Positions 1 through 9,498 of a stretch of DNA of 64,000 nucleotides are shown piece after piece (position 1 is the first letter of the stretch; each line of letters starts with the position of its first letter). Source of the DNA: Parcubacteria group bacterium GW2011_GWA2_42_14 (GTDB lineage Bacteria; Patescibacteriota; Minisyncoccia; Sungbacterales; GWA2-42-14); contig LCCV01000002.1 in assembly GCA_000998135.1 (NCBI GenBank), positions 29,421 to 93,420 on the forward strand, written 5' to 3'. A program made the translations under genes and the position numbers. The notes beneath the pieces are model-generated. The model was not told the DNA's origin, ran no database searches, and worked only from the letters and a program-made list of their open reading frames with translations.

Positions 1-672
1 ATTTGCCAAAAAAAGATAGGTCCAGAAATAAAAATAGGCATAAAAAGAAAGGCCTAGAAAAACCGCGCAAAAAAATAAATATCTTATTTGGGATGATTTC
101 AAAAGACGGTATAAACTCAAAAGATACCCAAAAAGCAAAAGCGAACTAAACGCGGGATTGAGCGGGCGCGCGTATCTCAAAAACTCAAGGTTTTTTATTT
201 CCCACGAAAATACTGAACGCATATCGCTTGACGACAACAAAGACGGCGCAAGCAAGGTTAAGGCAGACGACATGAGTGCTAAATATTTATCGCCGAATAA
301 TTCCAAAACAAAAAAATAAAGCAAAAAAGAAAGTAAGAAACCGAAAAAGAATTTTGCAAATATATTAATTTGAACGGCATTCATGCCTAAAATTTTTCCC
401 AAATACGCGGTTGCTATTTCCAGAAACGGCGGCGGCAAATATGGCTGATTTTTCCCCTCCCAAAAATAAGTTGAACCAAGAAACAAATGGCCGTCATAAA
501 CCTCCTGAACCCGCGCTACGTAATGAGTTTCGGCGTCAGAACCAAGAACATCAACTCCCCGAAAAAAACCGCGGTCAATGGTTCTTAAATAAACGTGAGG
601 AAAAACAAAAATAAAACCGATTGCCGCGGACAATATTATTATGACCCAATGCTGTTTTAAAAAAGATTTCAT
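1..672 (-). CDS. Polytopic membrane protein, probably GT-C-like; runs off the left edge (not in the ORF track)
   Basis: Hand translation from ATG at 672 (ATGA overlap with the upstream stop) is open to base 1: MKSFLKQHWVIIILSAAIG...SDAETHYVARVQEVYDGH...LFLAN; several hydrophobic segments. Confidence 0.7.
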   Translation of the reverse strand, partial: MKSFLKQHWVIIILSAAIGFIFVFPHVYLRTIDRGFFRGVDVLGSDAETHYVARVQEVYDGHLFLGSTYFWEGKNQPYLPPPFLEIATAYLGKILGMNAVQINIFAKFFFGFLLSFLLYFFVLELFGDKYLALMSSALTLLAPSLLSSSDMRSVFSWEIKNLEFLRYARPLNPAFSSLLLFGYLLSLYRLLKSSQIRYLFFCAVFLGLSFYAYFYFWTYLFLAN

Positions 673-1406
673 TTTTTTCTCACAATAACAAAAATAGAAA
701 TGCCAAAAGGAAAAGCGATATAACGAAGAAAAAATCGTTCTAAAGAAAATATCCAGAAAAACACGGCATTCAAAAAAACATTCGGCGTTTTTACCTCGGC
801 CCCGACCAATTGCCGGGGTTCCCATATTTTAGAGGCAAGCTTTACTAAAACAATAGGCAGAAAAAGAAACGTGTTAAAATAAGTTACATTCATAGTCATA
901 AACCCTGTTTGTAAAAGAAGCTCAATAAATTGTTTTCTGCTATAACGCCGGAAATGATGCGCTCTCACGTCACTTTCGTTCCAAAGCCATTGATGCGCCG
1001 GTACGCTGAAAAATCCCATTCCACCGCTCTTAAGCGCGCGAAAGGCCTCATGTACGGCAATTTTATCATCAGCGGTATGCTCAATAACATCCATGGCAAA
1101 AACAGCATCAAACCATTCATCCGGAAAAGGAATTTTTTCAGCCGAACCGAGCAAAACCCGATTATTGCCGCCATTATTTCCGTGATGCGAAACCACTTCC
1201 TCGATAGGGTCAACTCCGAATACTTCCCCGTAATTTTTAAGCATCAGAAGCTCACTGCCAATACCGCACCCTATGGACAAAAGGCGCCTATTACCGTCCG
1301 AAGAAAGAAAATCGCCGGCGAATTGTTTAAGAATTTCCAATCTCCCGCGATACCACCAATGATTAGAGGCGCTATCCTTTAATATATGATATAACGCTTG
1401 TTCCAT
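669..1406 (-). CDS. Class I SAM-dependent methyltransferase
   Basis: LLSIGCGIG motif I, HWWYRGR, DVIEH, HHFRRY; start moved to ATG 1406, just after the asnB stop. Confidence 0.85.
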   Translation of the reverse strand: MEQALYHILKDSASNHWWYRGRLEILKQFAGDFLSSDGNRRLLSIGCGIGSELLMLKNYGEVFGVDPIEEVVSHHGNNGGNNRVLLGSAEKIPFPDEWFDAVFAMDVIEHTADDKIAVHEAFRALKSGGMGFFSVPAHQWLWNESDVRAHHFRRYSRKQFIELLLQTGFMTMNVTYFNTFLFLPIVLVKLASKIWEPRQLVGAEVKTPNVFLNAVFFWIFSLERFFLRYIAFPFGISIFVIVRKK

Positions 1407-1407
1407 G

Positions 1408-3288
1408 TTATGATAACCAGTTATCTTTCCAAAAATGAAAGGCAATTAACGCCCATAAAGGTTTCCGATTGTCTTTTTTACCCTGAAGATGCTCGTCAAT
1501 CAATCGCCTCACCGCCGGATAATGAAAAATGGCGCCACGGTCAATCTTTTCTTTGGATAGACAATCCAGCATAATTTCTTTCAATTCGCCGCGTAGCAGG
1601 CGGGCGGTTGGGATATTGCCCCCCCTTTTTTTGGCTGAAAGAATTTTTTGGGGAAGACGATTCTCCATCAATTTCCTGATAATGTATTTTCCGGTAAAAC
1701 CGCGCATTTTGAATCTTGGCGGCAAGGAATTAGCAAAATCAACAATGGTGTAATCAAGAAGCGGAGAACGAACCTCCAGAGAAACCGCCATGCTAGCCCT
1801 GTCAAAATACGGAAGTATATTTTCCATCATATAAAACTTCTGATAAAAATAAATCGAACGGTCAAGCGGGGACAGATTCTTAACTTCTTTAACTATGCGG
1901 TCAACCGCGGAAAAATCTTCTGTCATACCAAGTTTTATCCTTACATCTTCGGTATATAATTGGCGTTTTTCTTCGGGAGTAAACGCGCCTATCCAGATGG
2001 CATCGCGATAATCAGCGGAATATTCAAGTCCGGCGAAAAACCGCTTTATCTTATAGTCCAAACTTACTTTTCCTAAAGAAGTTGGGAAAAGATTAACTAG
2101 CGGACGAACAATGTTTCGCCGTAAAACTCCGGGGATGGCTGACGCATAGGGAACCAATCGGCCGGCTTGAAAGGTCTGATAACCCATAAAAAGTTCGTCC
2201 CCTCCCGAGCCGCTCAGGGCAACCGTAACGATATTACGAGCAAACTTTGATACGGCATAAATCAAGAAAAGGCCGGTATCAGCAATCGGCTCATCAATGT
2301 GTTTCGCCAATTCAAAAACCATATCTTTAATCTCGTTTGATAAAAGTCGTTTTTCATGATGAACCGTTCCTATCCGGGAAGCGGTAAGACGCGCATCCGC
2401 CATCTCGTCAAAATCCTTATCGGAAAACCCTATGGAAAAAGAATTAAGAGGGCGGCTTGAGAGTTCTTGGGCATAAGAACAAACCGTGCTTGAATCAAGG
2501 CCCCCGCTTAAAAATAGTCCCAAGGGAACATCAGAAACAAGCCGCAGTTTCACTGCCTCTCGAAGCTTTTCATCAAACATTTTAAGACATTCTTCAATGG
2601 TGCCGCGGGAGGGAGGTAACGCAAAAGCTTCTTCCTGGCGATAATATCGGCTTGTTTTAATTTCATCATTTTTAAAAATCAAATAGGTTGCCGGCTCAAT
2701 TTTAAAAATTCCTTGAAATATCGTGCGGGGAGACGGAACGCACTCATGAATTAAATAAAGGTTAAGCGATTCAAGGTCAAGTTCTCTTTTAACCAAGGAA
2801 TGCGATAAAACCGCTTTAAGTTCGGAACCAAAAATCAACGTCCCGCCGAAAATAGCGTAATAAAGGGGCTTTTTTCCGAAACGGTCCCGCGCCAAAATCA
2901 GTTTCTTTTTACGAACATCCCAAATGGCTATAGCAAACATGCCGTTTAATTTTTCAAACATCTTCTCGCCTTCTTCTTCATAAAGATGGACTAATACTTC
3001 CGTATCGGTTCGGGTAGTAAAACGGTGTCTGGGTTCCAAATTTTTCCTTAACTCGCGATAGTTGTAAATTTCTCCGTTGAAAATAATTGCTACGGTTTTA
3101 TCCTCGTTAAAAATCGGTTGATTCCCGGTCTTTAAATCAATTATGGAAAGCCGGCGAAAACCCAAGCCGACTTCATCAGGAACAAAAAAATAACCCTCGT
3201 CATCAGGGCCTCTATGCTTTAGGGTAGCGGCCATGCTCTCAAGTTCTTCACGCGTACCCTTACCCGCGAAACCGGTTATACCACACAA
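1408..3288 (-). CDS. asnB: Asparagine synthase (glutamine-hydrolysing)-family amidotransferase, probably glycan amidation
   Basis: N-terminal CGI.G (TTG start at 3288 makes Cys residue 2), HRGPD, RLSIID, FNGEIYN, LSGGLDSS. Confidence 0.92.
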   Translation of the reverse strand: MCGITGFAGKGTREELESMAATLKHRGPDDEGYFFVPDEVGLGFRRLSIIDLKTGNQPIFNEDKTVAIIFNGEIYNYRELRKNLEPRHRFTTRTDTEVLVHLYEEEGEKMFEKLNGMFAIAIWDVRKKKLILARDRFGKKPLYYAIFGGTLIFGSELKAVLSHSLVKRELDLESLNLYLIHECVPSPRTIFQGIFKIEPATYLIFKNDEIKTSRYYRQEEAFALPPSRGTIEECLKMFDEKLREAVKLRLVSDVPLGLFLSGGLDSSTVCSYAQELSSRPLNSFSIGFSDKDFDEMADARLTASRIGTVHHEKRLLSNEIKDMVFELAKHIDEPIADTGLFLIYAVSKFARNIVTVALSGSGGDELFMGYQTFQAGRLVPYASAIPGVLRRNIVRPLVNLFPTSLGKVSLDYKIKRFFAGLEYSADYRDAIWIGAFTPEEKRQLYTEDVRIKLGMTEDFSAVDRIVKEVKNLSPLDRSIYFYQKFYMMENILPYFDRASMAVSLEVRSPLLDYTIVDFANSLPPRFKMRGFTGKYIIRKLMENRLPQKILSAKKRGGNIPTARLLRGELKEIMLDCLSKEKIDRGAIFHYPAVRRLIDEHLQGKKDNRKPLWALIAFHFWKDNWLS

Positions 3289-3293
3289 GAAAT

Positions 3294-3962
3294 TTAGCGC
3301 ACGCGGTCCTGTTCCTGTTCCTGTCGGAGCTTTAAAATGGTTTCCGATGGAACAAAACCGCGAAGCAACATATTGGGATAACAATAAACTTTTTTTCCAA
3401 GAAATGTAGCCGGCTGGGTTACGGTATTGCAGCCAAGGGAACTGTCGTCGCCGATAATCACGCCAAATTTTTCCAATCCGGTTTTCACTCCGGCAATTAC
3501 AACCTCGCTTCCGGTAACTTTAAAATTGGAAATCTTTGTTCCCGCTCCCAGATTTACTTTATTTCCCAAAATACTATGTCCTACAAACGCAAAATGCGGA
3601 GCTCTCGCGCCGTCCAAAAAAACAGAATTGCCCACTTCGCTAGCGTGTCCAATTACCACATTATTTCCGGCAATTACGTTCGCGCCCACAAAAGCGCCGT
3701 GGCGAATTTCACAATTCTCGCCTATAATAGCGGGCCCCATAATCCAGGCACCGGGCTGAACAACAGTTCCCTTACCCAAAAAAACTTTTTCTCCGACAAA
3801 CGCCCCCGGCATAACAACCCCTTCTGTAGCCGGTTTTAAATTTTTTTCTAAATATTCGGGAAGAAATTTCAAAAAATCAAAAATATAACCGCATCTTTCA
3901 AATAAGCTCTTGTGGGCAAATCGCGATAAATCAAAATAATATGAAAAATCTTTTATTTCCAT
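3294..3962 (-). CDS. Left-handed beta-helix (hexapeptide repeat) transferase, GlmU C-terminal-like
   Basis: Hexapeptide repeats; APHFAFVGHSILG, VNLGAGT. Confidence 0.8.
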   Translation of the reverse strand: MEIKDFSYYFDLSRFAHKSLFERCGYIFDFLKFLPEYLEKNLKPATEGVVMPGAFVGEKVFLGKGTVVQPGAWIMGPAIIGENCEIRHGAFVGANVIAGNNVVIGHASEVGNSVFLDGARAPHFAFVGHSILGNKVNLGAGTKISNFKVTGSEVVIAGVKTGLEKFGVIIGDDSSLGCNTVTQPATFLGKKVYCYPNMLLRGFVPSETILKLRQEQEQDRVR

Positions 3963-4519
3963 AAATGTTTATATAATTTTTTAAAATCACGCAAAGCGTT
4001 TTCTTGGCTGTCAAAAGCCAGCTTGGGCAGGCGGCGGACATCAAACCATTTGCTTTCGGAAACATCGTCATAAGCTCCGGCTTTTACGCTATCAACACGC
4101 AACACATAAACAATATTCAATATATGAAATGGGTCAAATTTGGCCGGATATGTACCCGGATATATTCCAAATAATCTTTCAACTTTAGCCGAAAGCCCCG
4201 TTTCCTCCTTAATCTCGCGAAGAATCGTTTTTTGCGGATTTTCGCCTCTTTCCACAAAACCTCCGGGCAAGTCCCACCATCCTTTAAACGGCTCGCGCGC
4301 CCTTTTTGTTAAAAGAATCCTTCTGCCGTTTAAAATAAAAGCGCCGGTGGTCGGACGAGGGTTCCGATAATTAACAAAAGGACACCTTTCACACGCCAAA
4401 TTAATACCCTTATTAACCAGTTTGCTTCCGCACACTGAACAGAATCCATACCGAACCAAAGGATTTTGCTTACCATTCTTTGCGTTCTTTTGGCTATTTT
4501 TCACCGTTAATTTCTTCAT
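3953..4519 (-). CDS. NUDIX hydrolase with N-terminal zinc ribbon
   Basis: CSVCG...CERC ribbon; Nudix box GGFVERGE...REIKEETG. Confidence 0.9.
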   Translation of the reverse strand: MKKLTVKNSQKNAKNGKQNPLVRYGFCSVCGSKLVNKGINLACERCPFVNYRNPRPTTGAFILNGRRILLTKRAREPFKGWWDLPGGFVERGENPQKTILREIKEETGLSAKVERLFGIYPGTYPAKFDPFHILNIVYVLRVDSVKAGAYDDVSESKWFDVRRLPKLAFDSQENALRDFKKLYKHLWK

Positions 4520-5423
4520 AGTATTCAACTTCCCGCGGGGTATGGCGTATAATCAACTCTGCCAAAAGCCCCATAAGGATAAACTGGAATCCTACCATAA
4601 TAAATATGCCTATAAGAACCGGCAAGGGAGTTTTAATAAAATCAGCGTACTTTATGAATTTCAAATAAACCATCCAGCCGAATAAAAGAAAAGCTATAAA
4701 AAATGACCAAAAACCGACCGCACCAAAAAAATGCATAGGGCGCCTGCCGTACTTATAAAAAAAGTGAAAAGTTATTACGTCAAAAAATACCCGGAAAGTG
4801 CGAAGAAGCCCGTAATTGGATTTTCCGAAGGGCCTTGGTTTGAACCCTATGGGAATTTCAGTAACTTTGGCGCCCTCCTTAGACGCGTAAGCGGCAATCA
4901 TACGCTGCATATAAATACCGAGTTCGAGCCTCTCAAGAATCTGGCGGCGATATGCCTTCATGTTGCATCCGTAATCATTAAGGTAAACTCCGGTCACCCA
5001 AGAAATAAATTTATTAGCGGCCAGCGACGGAATGCGGCGCGTAAAAAATTCCCCCTCCCAGCGGTTTTTTCTCCACCCGCATACCACGTCAAAACCCTCG
5101 CCCAATTTGCCGATAAGTTTTAAAATATCTTCCGGGTCATTCTCAAGGTCGCCGTCCATGGTCACCACGATTTCTCCATGAGCTTTTCTGATGCCCGTGG
5201 CCATAGCCGTAAACTGGCCGTAATTCCGGTTTAAAAGAATAGAACGCGCCCTTAAGGTGCGTATAATTTCTCTTGTTTTGTCGGTGGAGCCGTCATCAAC
5301 CAAAATAATCTCAAACGTTTTTCCGGTTCTACTAAGAGTTTCCCGTAATTTTTGAGTTAGCGCCTGAACTGATTTTTCCTCGTTGAAAACAGGCACGACC
5401 ACCGAAATTTCAATTCTTTCCAT
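4494..5423 (-). CDS. GT2 polyprenol-phosphate glycosyltransferase (ArnC/DPM-like) with two C-terminal TM helices
   Basis: VVVPVFNEE, VDDGSTD, MDGDLENDP. Confidence 0.9.
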   Translation of the reverse strand: MERIEISVVVPVFNEEKSVQALTQKLRETLSRTGKTFEIILVDDGSTDKTREIIRTLRARSILLNRNYGQFTAMATGIRKAHGEIVVTMDGDLENDPEDILKLIGKLGEGFDVVCGWRKNRWEGEFFTRRIPSLAANKFISWVTGVYLNDYGCNMKAYRRQILERLELGIYMQRMIAAYASKEGAKVTEIPIGFKPRPFGKSNYGLLRTFRVFFDVITFHFFYKYGRRPMHFFGAVGFWSFFIAFLLFGWMVYLKFIKYADFIKTPLPVLIGIFIMVGFQFILMGLLAELIIRHTPREVEYYEEINGEK

Positions 5424-5534
5424 AATCAAAATCGTACCATAAGACAAGGGTTGAGTCAAAAAAAGTAAGGCCCCCTTGCTCCTAAATTAAGTACAAATCC
5501 TAAAAATAGAGCCGTACTGAATTAGAATAATAGA

Positions 5535-6062
5535 TTAAGAATTTGTTGTGTTATCATCCTTTGGTGTGCAGAGTGTTGGAGTAAAATATTTCTCCACCAT
5601 CACGTCAAATTTATCCAAAAGTTCTTGGAAAATACAGAACTGTTCTAAATTTTTTATCGGCTCCATTTCGCCAAAAGGATGTTTAGAAAATCTAAAATAA
5701 GGTTTTTCTTTGCAGCTTACAACCGCTATAATAACTTCCTGCCAACTATTTTTAAGCAACCAAAGCATTTTATAGTCATTATCATGCCATTTGGAATCCC
5801 ATCTAAACTTAACTTCAACCAAATAAGGACTGCCGGTTTTATCAATAACAAAGAAGTCGGGAATAGACCTTATTTTTTCACCAACTTCACTATTGCGCTT
5901 AAAAGATTCCTGAATACGAGCAAGACCCGGAAGTATTGCTTCATATCCAATTCTAAATACTTCATTTCCGGATTCTTTCAACAAATCATAAACCAAAGAT
6001 TCGGCCATACGGCCCTTTAAACTTGTTTCACGCCATTCTTGTTTTTTAGGTTGAATATCCAT
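5535..6062 (-). CDS. Hypothetical PD-(D/E)xK nuclease-fold protein
   Basis: G..AE, IPDFFV, LVEVKFR motif spacing. Confidence 0.6.
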   Translation of the reverse strand: MDIQPKKQEWRETSLKGRMAESLVYDLLKESGNEVFRIGYEAILPGLARIQESFKRNSEVGEKIRSIPDFFVIDKTGSPYLVEVKFRWDSKWHDNDYKMLWLLKNSWQEVIIAVVSCKEKPYFRFSKHPFGEMEPIKNLEQFCIFQELLDKFDVMVEKYFTPTLCTPKDDNTTNS

Positions 6063-6591
6063 AAATTTGTTTTATAACATACCAACATTCTCAAGTTTGT
6101 AAGGATGTTGTAAATATGTTGTTATGCTATATGCGACTATTAGATGCGCTGGAATGATTTCAAAAAACTAACAAACGTTTTGCCGTACGGAGACAGAGTA
6201 TGCTCCACAAATTTACCACGATATTTTTTGTTGATAAGCCCCGCTTGATAAAGGCGCCTGGTATGTTCGCCTAAGGTTTTCTCATTTGCTCCGAGTGCCT
6301 CAACAATATCCTCAAGGGTTATACCTTCACTCCCCGCAATCAAAAGCAATATCTCAATGCGGTAATGATTCGACATTCCCTTAAGATGCCGCTCCATTTG
6401 TTTTGCCGTCTTCATTTTCATCATATTTGTATTACACAACATCCTTATATTCTCAAGTTTGTAAGGATGTTGTGGATGTGTTGTAATATTGTATGCTACT
6501 ATCTTAAATTTGTTAGTGTATTGTTTTGATTTTGTTGCGCCAACCCGGTCCCGCTTCATTCTTGTTTTTTAGCTTGAGTATCCATAAATTT
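6034..6591. repeat. Two pairs of direct repeats around the ArsR-like gene: 35 bp (6034-6068 / 6557-6591) and 25 bp identical core (6087-6111 / 6449-6473)
   Basis: CATTCTTGTTTTTTAG(G/C)TTGA(A/G)TATCCATAAATTT twice; ATTCTCAAGTTTGTAAGGATGTTGT twice. Confidence 0.9.
6140..6424 (-). CDS. ArsR-family winged-HTH protein
   Basis: SNHYRIEIL...HTRRLYQAGLI; paralog of 33158-33427; start chosen downstream of the palindrome. Confidence 0.8.
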   Translation of the reverse strand: MMKMKTAKQMERHLKGMSNHYRIEILLLIAGSEGITLEDIVEALGANEKTLGEHTRRLYQAGLINKKYRGKFVEHTLSPYGKTFVSFLKSFQRI

Positions 6592-6598
6592 ATTTAAT

Positions 6599-7756
6599 TT
6601 AAGCCAGCGCCAACTTTACATGCCCAACAATATAATCCAGTTCGGATTCTGTTAGGTCAGGAAAAAGCGGAAGGGTTATGACGCTTTTGGAAAGTTTTTC
6701 GGTTGCCGGAAGGGACTTGACCGGAAAATTCTTTTTATAAAAAGTTTGTAAATGCACCGGAGGGTCAAAGTGAACGCTTGCGCTGATCCCATTTTCCCGC
6801 AGTTTTAAAACAAGGCCGTCCCGTACTTCCGGCTTAACTTTAATAACATACATTTGCCAGACCGACTCGGCTCCGGGAAATTCACGCGGCAACTCTATCA
6901 ATCCTTCCGTTTCAAGTGAATTCAAAGATGAATTAAGATATTCCGCGTGCTTTTTTCTTTTGGCATTCAAACCCGACAGCTTCTTCATCTGCGCTACTCC
7001 GATCGCGGCCGGTATATCCCCCATCCGATAATTTACTCCGGCCATAACCGAATCGCGTTCCCATGGCCTTTCCAGTTTTTGCCGTTCATGGGTGTCGCGC
7101 GATATTCCGTGCGACATAAATGTCCGCACACGCTCGGCAAATGAATGGTCATTAGTAATAATCACCCCGCCTTCACCGGTAGTAATATTCTTGGTTGCCC
7201 AAAAAGAAAAGCATCCGGCACTTCCGAATGTTCCCGCGAATTTTCCATTCCATTTACCGCCAATACACTCCGCGGAATCCTCAATTACGTAAAGATTATG
7301 TTTTTTAGCGATTGCCGCTATCGCATCCATATCGCACGGAAACCCAGCAAAATGTACCGGCATAATGACCTCCGTTTTTTTTGTAATAAGCCCTTCAATT
7401 AAAGAAGCGTCCATATTGCCGGTCTTCCATTCAACATCACAAAAAACCGGTGTGGCACCGGCGCGAACAACCGCGTTTGCTGTCGCGGACATGGTAAAAC
7501 TCGGAATTATCACTTCCCCCCTTATGCCAAGCCCTACCAATGCCGCCTCAAGAGCCGAAGCGCAGGAATTAAGCAGAATCACTTCTTTTACTCCAAAAAA
7601 ATCAGCAAGAAGTTTTTCAAATTCTTTATTTTTGGGCCCATGCGCCACCCAGCCCGAAGCAAGCACACCCCTAACTTCTTCAAGCTCCGAACCATCAAAA
7701 GATGGCCGGCAAAGCGGAATATTCACCCCGTTAGATATTTTAAGCCGCTTTAGCAT
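6599..7756 (-). CDS. DegT/DnrJ/EryC1/StrS PLP-dependent sugar aminotransferase
   Basis: VIEDSAE, FSFWATKNITTGEGG, GVNYRM. Confidence 0.93.
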   Translation of the reverse strand: MLKRLKISNGVNIPLCRPSFDGSELEEVRGVLASGWVAHGPKNKEFEKLLADFFGVKEVILLNSCASALEAALVGLGIRGEVIIPSFTMSATANAVVRAGATPVFCDVEWKTGNMDASLIEGLITKKTEVIMPVHFAGFPCDMDAIAAIAKKHNLYVIEDSAECIGGKWNGKFAGTFGSAGCFSFWATKNITTGEGGVIITNDHSFAERVRTFMSHGISRDTHERQKLERPWERDSVMAGVNYRMGDIPAAIGVAQMKKLSGLNAKRKKHAEYLNSSLNSLETEGLIELPREFPGAESVWQMYVIKVKPEVRDGLVLKLRENGISASVHFDPPVHLQTFYKKNFPVKSLPATEKLSKSVITLPLFPDLTESELDYIVGHVKLALA

Positions 7757-7826
7757 TTTATATACTAAAATCCCATTACAACATCTTTGCTTTAATTTCT
7801 AACACAATTACGATATCTAACGGGGT
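7725..7826. mobile_element. MITE-like element with ACCCCGTTAGATAT / ATATCTAACGGGGT terminal inverted repeats, overlapping the DegT 5' end
   Basis: Perfect 14-bp inverted repeats; same family at 50846-50954 and 60911-61138. Confidence 0.8.
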
Positions 7827-7840
7827 TCTTATTTTGTTTT

Positions 7841-8839
7841 TTATGAGTCATTTAAACTATGTATATCTTTAAGAAAATCCACGTAGCGATTAATGCCTTC
7901 TTCAAGAGAATACCGCGGTTTATATCCCAATAAGTTCCTCGCGCGCGAGATATCCAAAGCGCCTCTGGACGGTCTTTGTTCTCCTTCCGGAATTTCTTTA
8001 TACACAATTTTAGTTTTAGGAAAATGCTGTTTTACGATTTCAGCCAACTCCTCAAGAGTCCTTCCCTGGCCATATGTAATATTAAAGGTTTCATTAGCGC
8101 CTTTTTCTTCTTTGGTTGCGAGAAAAATTCCTTGAGCGGCATCATCCACAAAAGTAAAGTCAAGCTCCGATTTACCTCCACCATGAAGAACAATGGGCTC
8201 CCCCTTAATGGCGTTCTCCAAAAAAAGCTGCGTTACTCTGCGATTGCAATCGGTGGGACCATAAATTGCCGAGGGGCGAACAATGGCATAAGAAAATTTA
8301 TAACGCCTGCTATAGGTTTTGGTAAGAATTTCAGAGCCAAGCTTGGTTGAACCATAAATCCCTTTTGGCTCGGTTGAGTGCGATTCATCGCAGGGCTTAT
8401 ATTTAAAATCCCCGTAAATCATGCTTGAAGAAATCAAAACAAAACGCTTGAGCCCTAAATTTTTTGATGCCTCTAAGATATTATGCGCGCCGTTATAAGT
8501 TACGGCAACGGCTTCATGCGGGTATTTATCGGAAAGGTCGGCTATGGGAAACGCGGCGGCATGTATAATGCGGTCGGGTTTCGCGTTTCTAACCGAATCG
8601 TTAAGCAATACGTAATCCCGCACGTCCCCGTGAACTACTTCCACCTTATTTTCCAATCCTTCGTACCGTTTCTTAAAATACAGCGAATAGTTTTGGTCAA
8701 TTAAGGGCGACAAATAACTCCGAAAAGCGTCATAAACCACCACCCTGTCTCCGGCTTCAAGAAATTTACGGCAAAGCATCGCGCCCACAAATCCAAGGCC
8801 GCCGGTAATAAAAATTGTTTCTTGTTTATTTTGAACCAT
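7841..8839 (-). CDS. NAD-dependent epimerase/dehydratase (extended SDR)
   Basis: TGGLGFVG, SSSMIYG, YGSTK. Confidence 0.92.
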   Translation of the reverse strand: MVQNKQETIFITGGLGFVGAMLCRKFLEAGDRVVVYDAFRSYLSPLIDQNYSLYFKKRYEGLENKVEVVHGDVRDYVLLNDSVRNAKPDRIIHAAAFPIADLSDKYPHEAVAVTYNGAHNILEASKNLGLKRFVLISSSMIYGDFKYKPCDESHSTEPKGIYGSTKLGSEILTKTYSRRYKFSYAIVRPSAIYGPTDCNRRVTQLFLENAIKGEPIVLHGGGKSELDFTFVDDAAQGIFLATKEEKGANETFNITYGQGRTLEELAEIVKQHFPKTKIVYKEIPEGEQRPSRGALDISRARNLLGYKPRYSLEEGINRYVDFLKDIHSLNDS

Positions 8840-8851
8840 AAAATTGAAAAA

Positions 8852-9292
8852 TTATTTAAGCATATAGCGCAAAGCGAAAAACGGCCTGATTTCGTCTTTA
8901 GAATGAAAACCGCATTTGATATAAAACTTTTTAGCGTCCTCGCGCCTTGTAAAAACATCCACGAACTCCGCACTAAGCTCTTTTGCCCTTGATAGCAGGG
9001 CTTCCGTAAGCTTGTGCCCTATTCCGCTGCCCCTTAATCCTTTAGACACCACCACATCTTCTATAATAAAAACTTTTCCTCCGAGTTTTTGATACCAAGC
9101 AAGCGACGCGGTTCCCACAACGCGCTTTTCCAATTCTGCCACAAATATATCAACGCCTTCGTCATCAAGCAAACCTTCAAATATATTGGCGGATAATGGC
9201 GGATTATTGGGATAAAGCTCAAGAAGTAAATTCTTAATTTCTTCAAAAGCGGATTCATCGCCAGCGCCAATTCTCCTGATAGAAATATCCAT
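8852..9292 (-). CDS. GNAT acetyltransferase (glucosamine-phosphate N-acetyltransferase-like)
   Basis: IEDVVV...RGSGIG, FYIKCGF. Confidence 0.85.
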   Translation of the reverse strand: MDISIRRIGAGDESAFEEIKNLLLELYPNNPPLSANIFEGLLDDEGVDIFVAELEKRVVGTASLAWYQKLGGKVFIIEDVVVSKGLRGSGIGHKLTEALLSRAKELSAEFVDVFTRREDAKKFYIKCGFHSKDEIRPFFALRYMLK

Positions 9293-9343
9293 AATTTCAA
9301 TAGATTATCATATTATATAATAAATAGCAAGTTTTTGACTAGA

Positions 9344-9458
9344 AACTGTTAAATAATTGCCAAAAAGTTATTTCCTGAGCCCGTCGAAGGATAACTTTTT
9401 AGCTTATTAAGGTAAACCCTTCGACTCGCTTCGCTCGCTCAGGGAATAATTCAAAAGG
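9344..9458. repeat. Intergenic REP-like composite (CCTGAG..GTCGAAGG / CCCTTCGAC..CTCAGG family); degenerate second copy at 40058-40173
   Basis: AACTGTT(A/G)AATAATTGCCAAAAAGTTA...TAAGGTAA.CCC.TCGACTC shared by both sites. Confidence 0.8.
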
Positions 9459-9498
9459 CTCGACTATTACTAATATCTGTTGTATTCTAAAAAAATCT

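Noticed and set aside
3289-3384. Long N-terminal extensions in the ORF track (asnB; also 14833, 19943, 35289, 44041, 60627)
   Set aside because: They overlap upstream genes or repeats; downstream starts fit family N-termini better.
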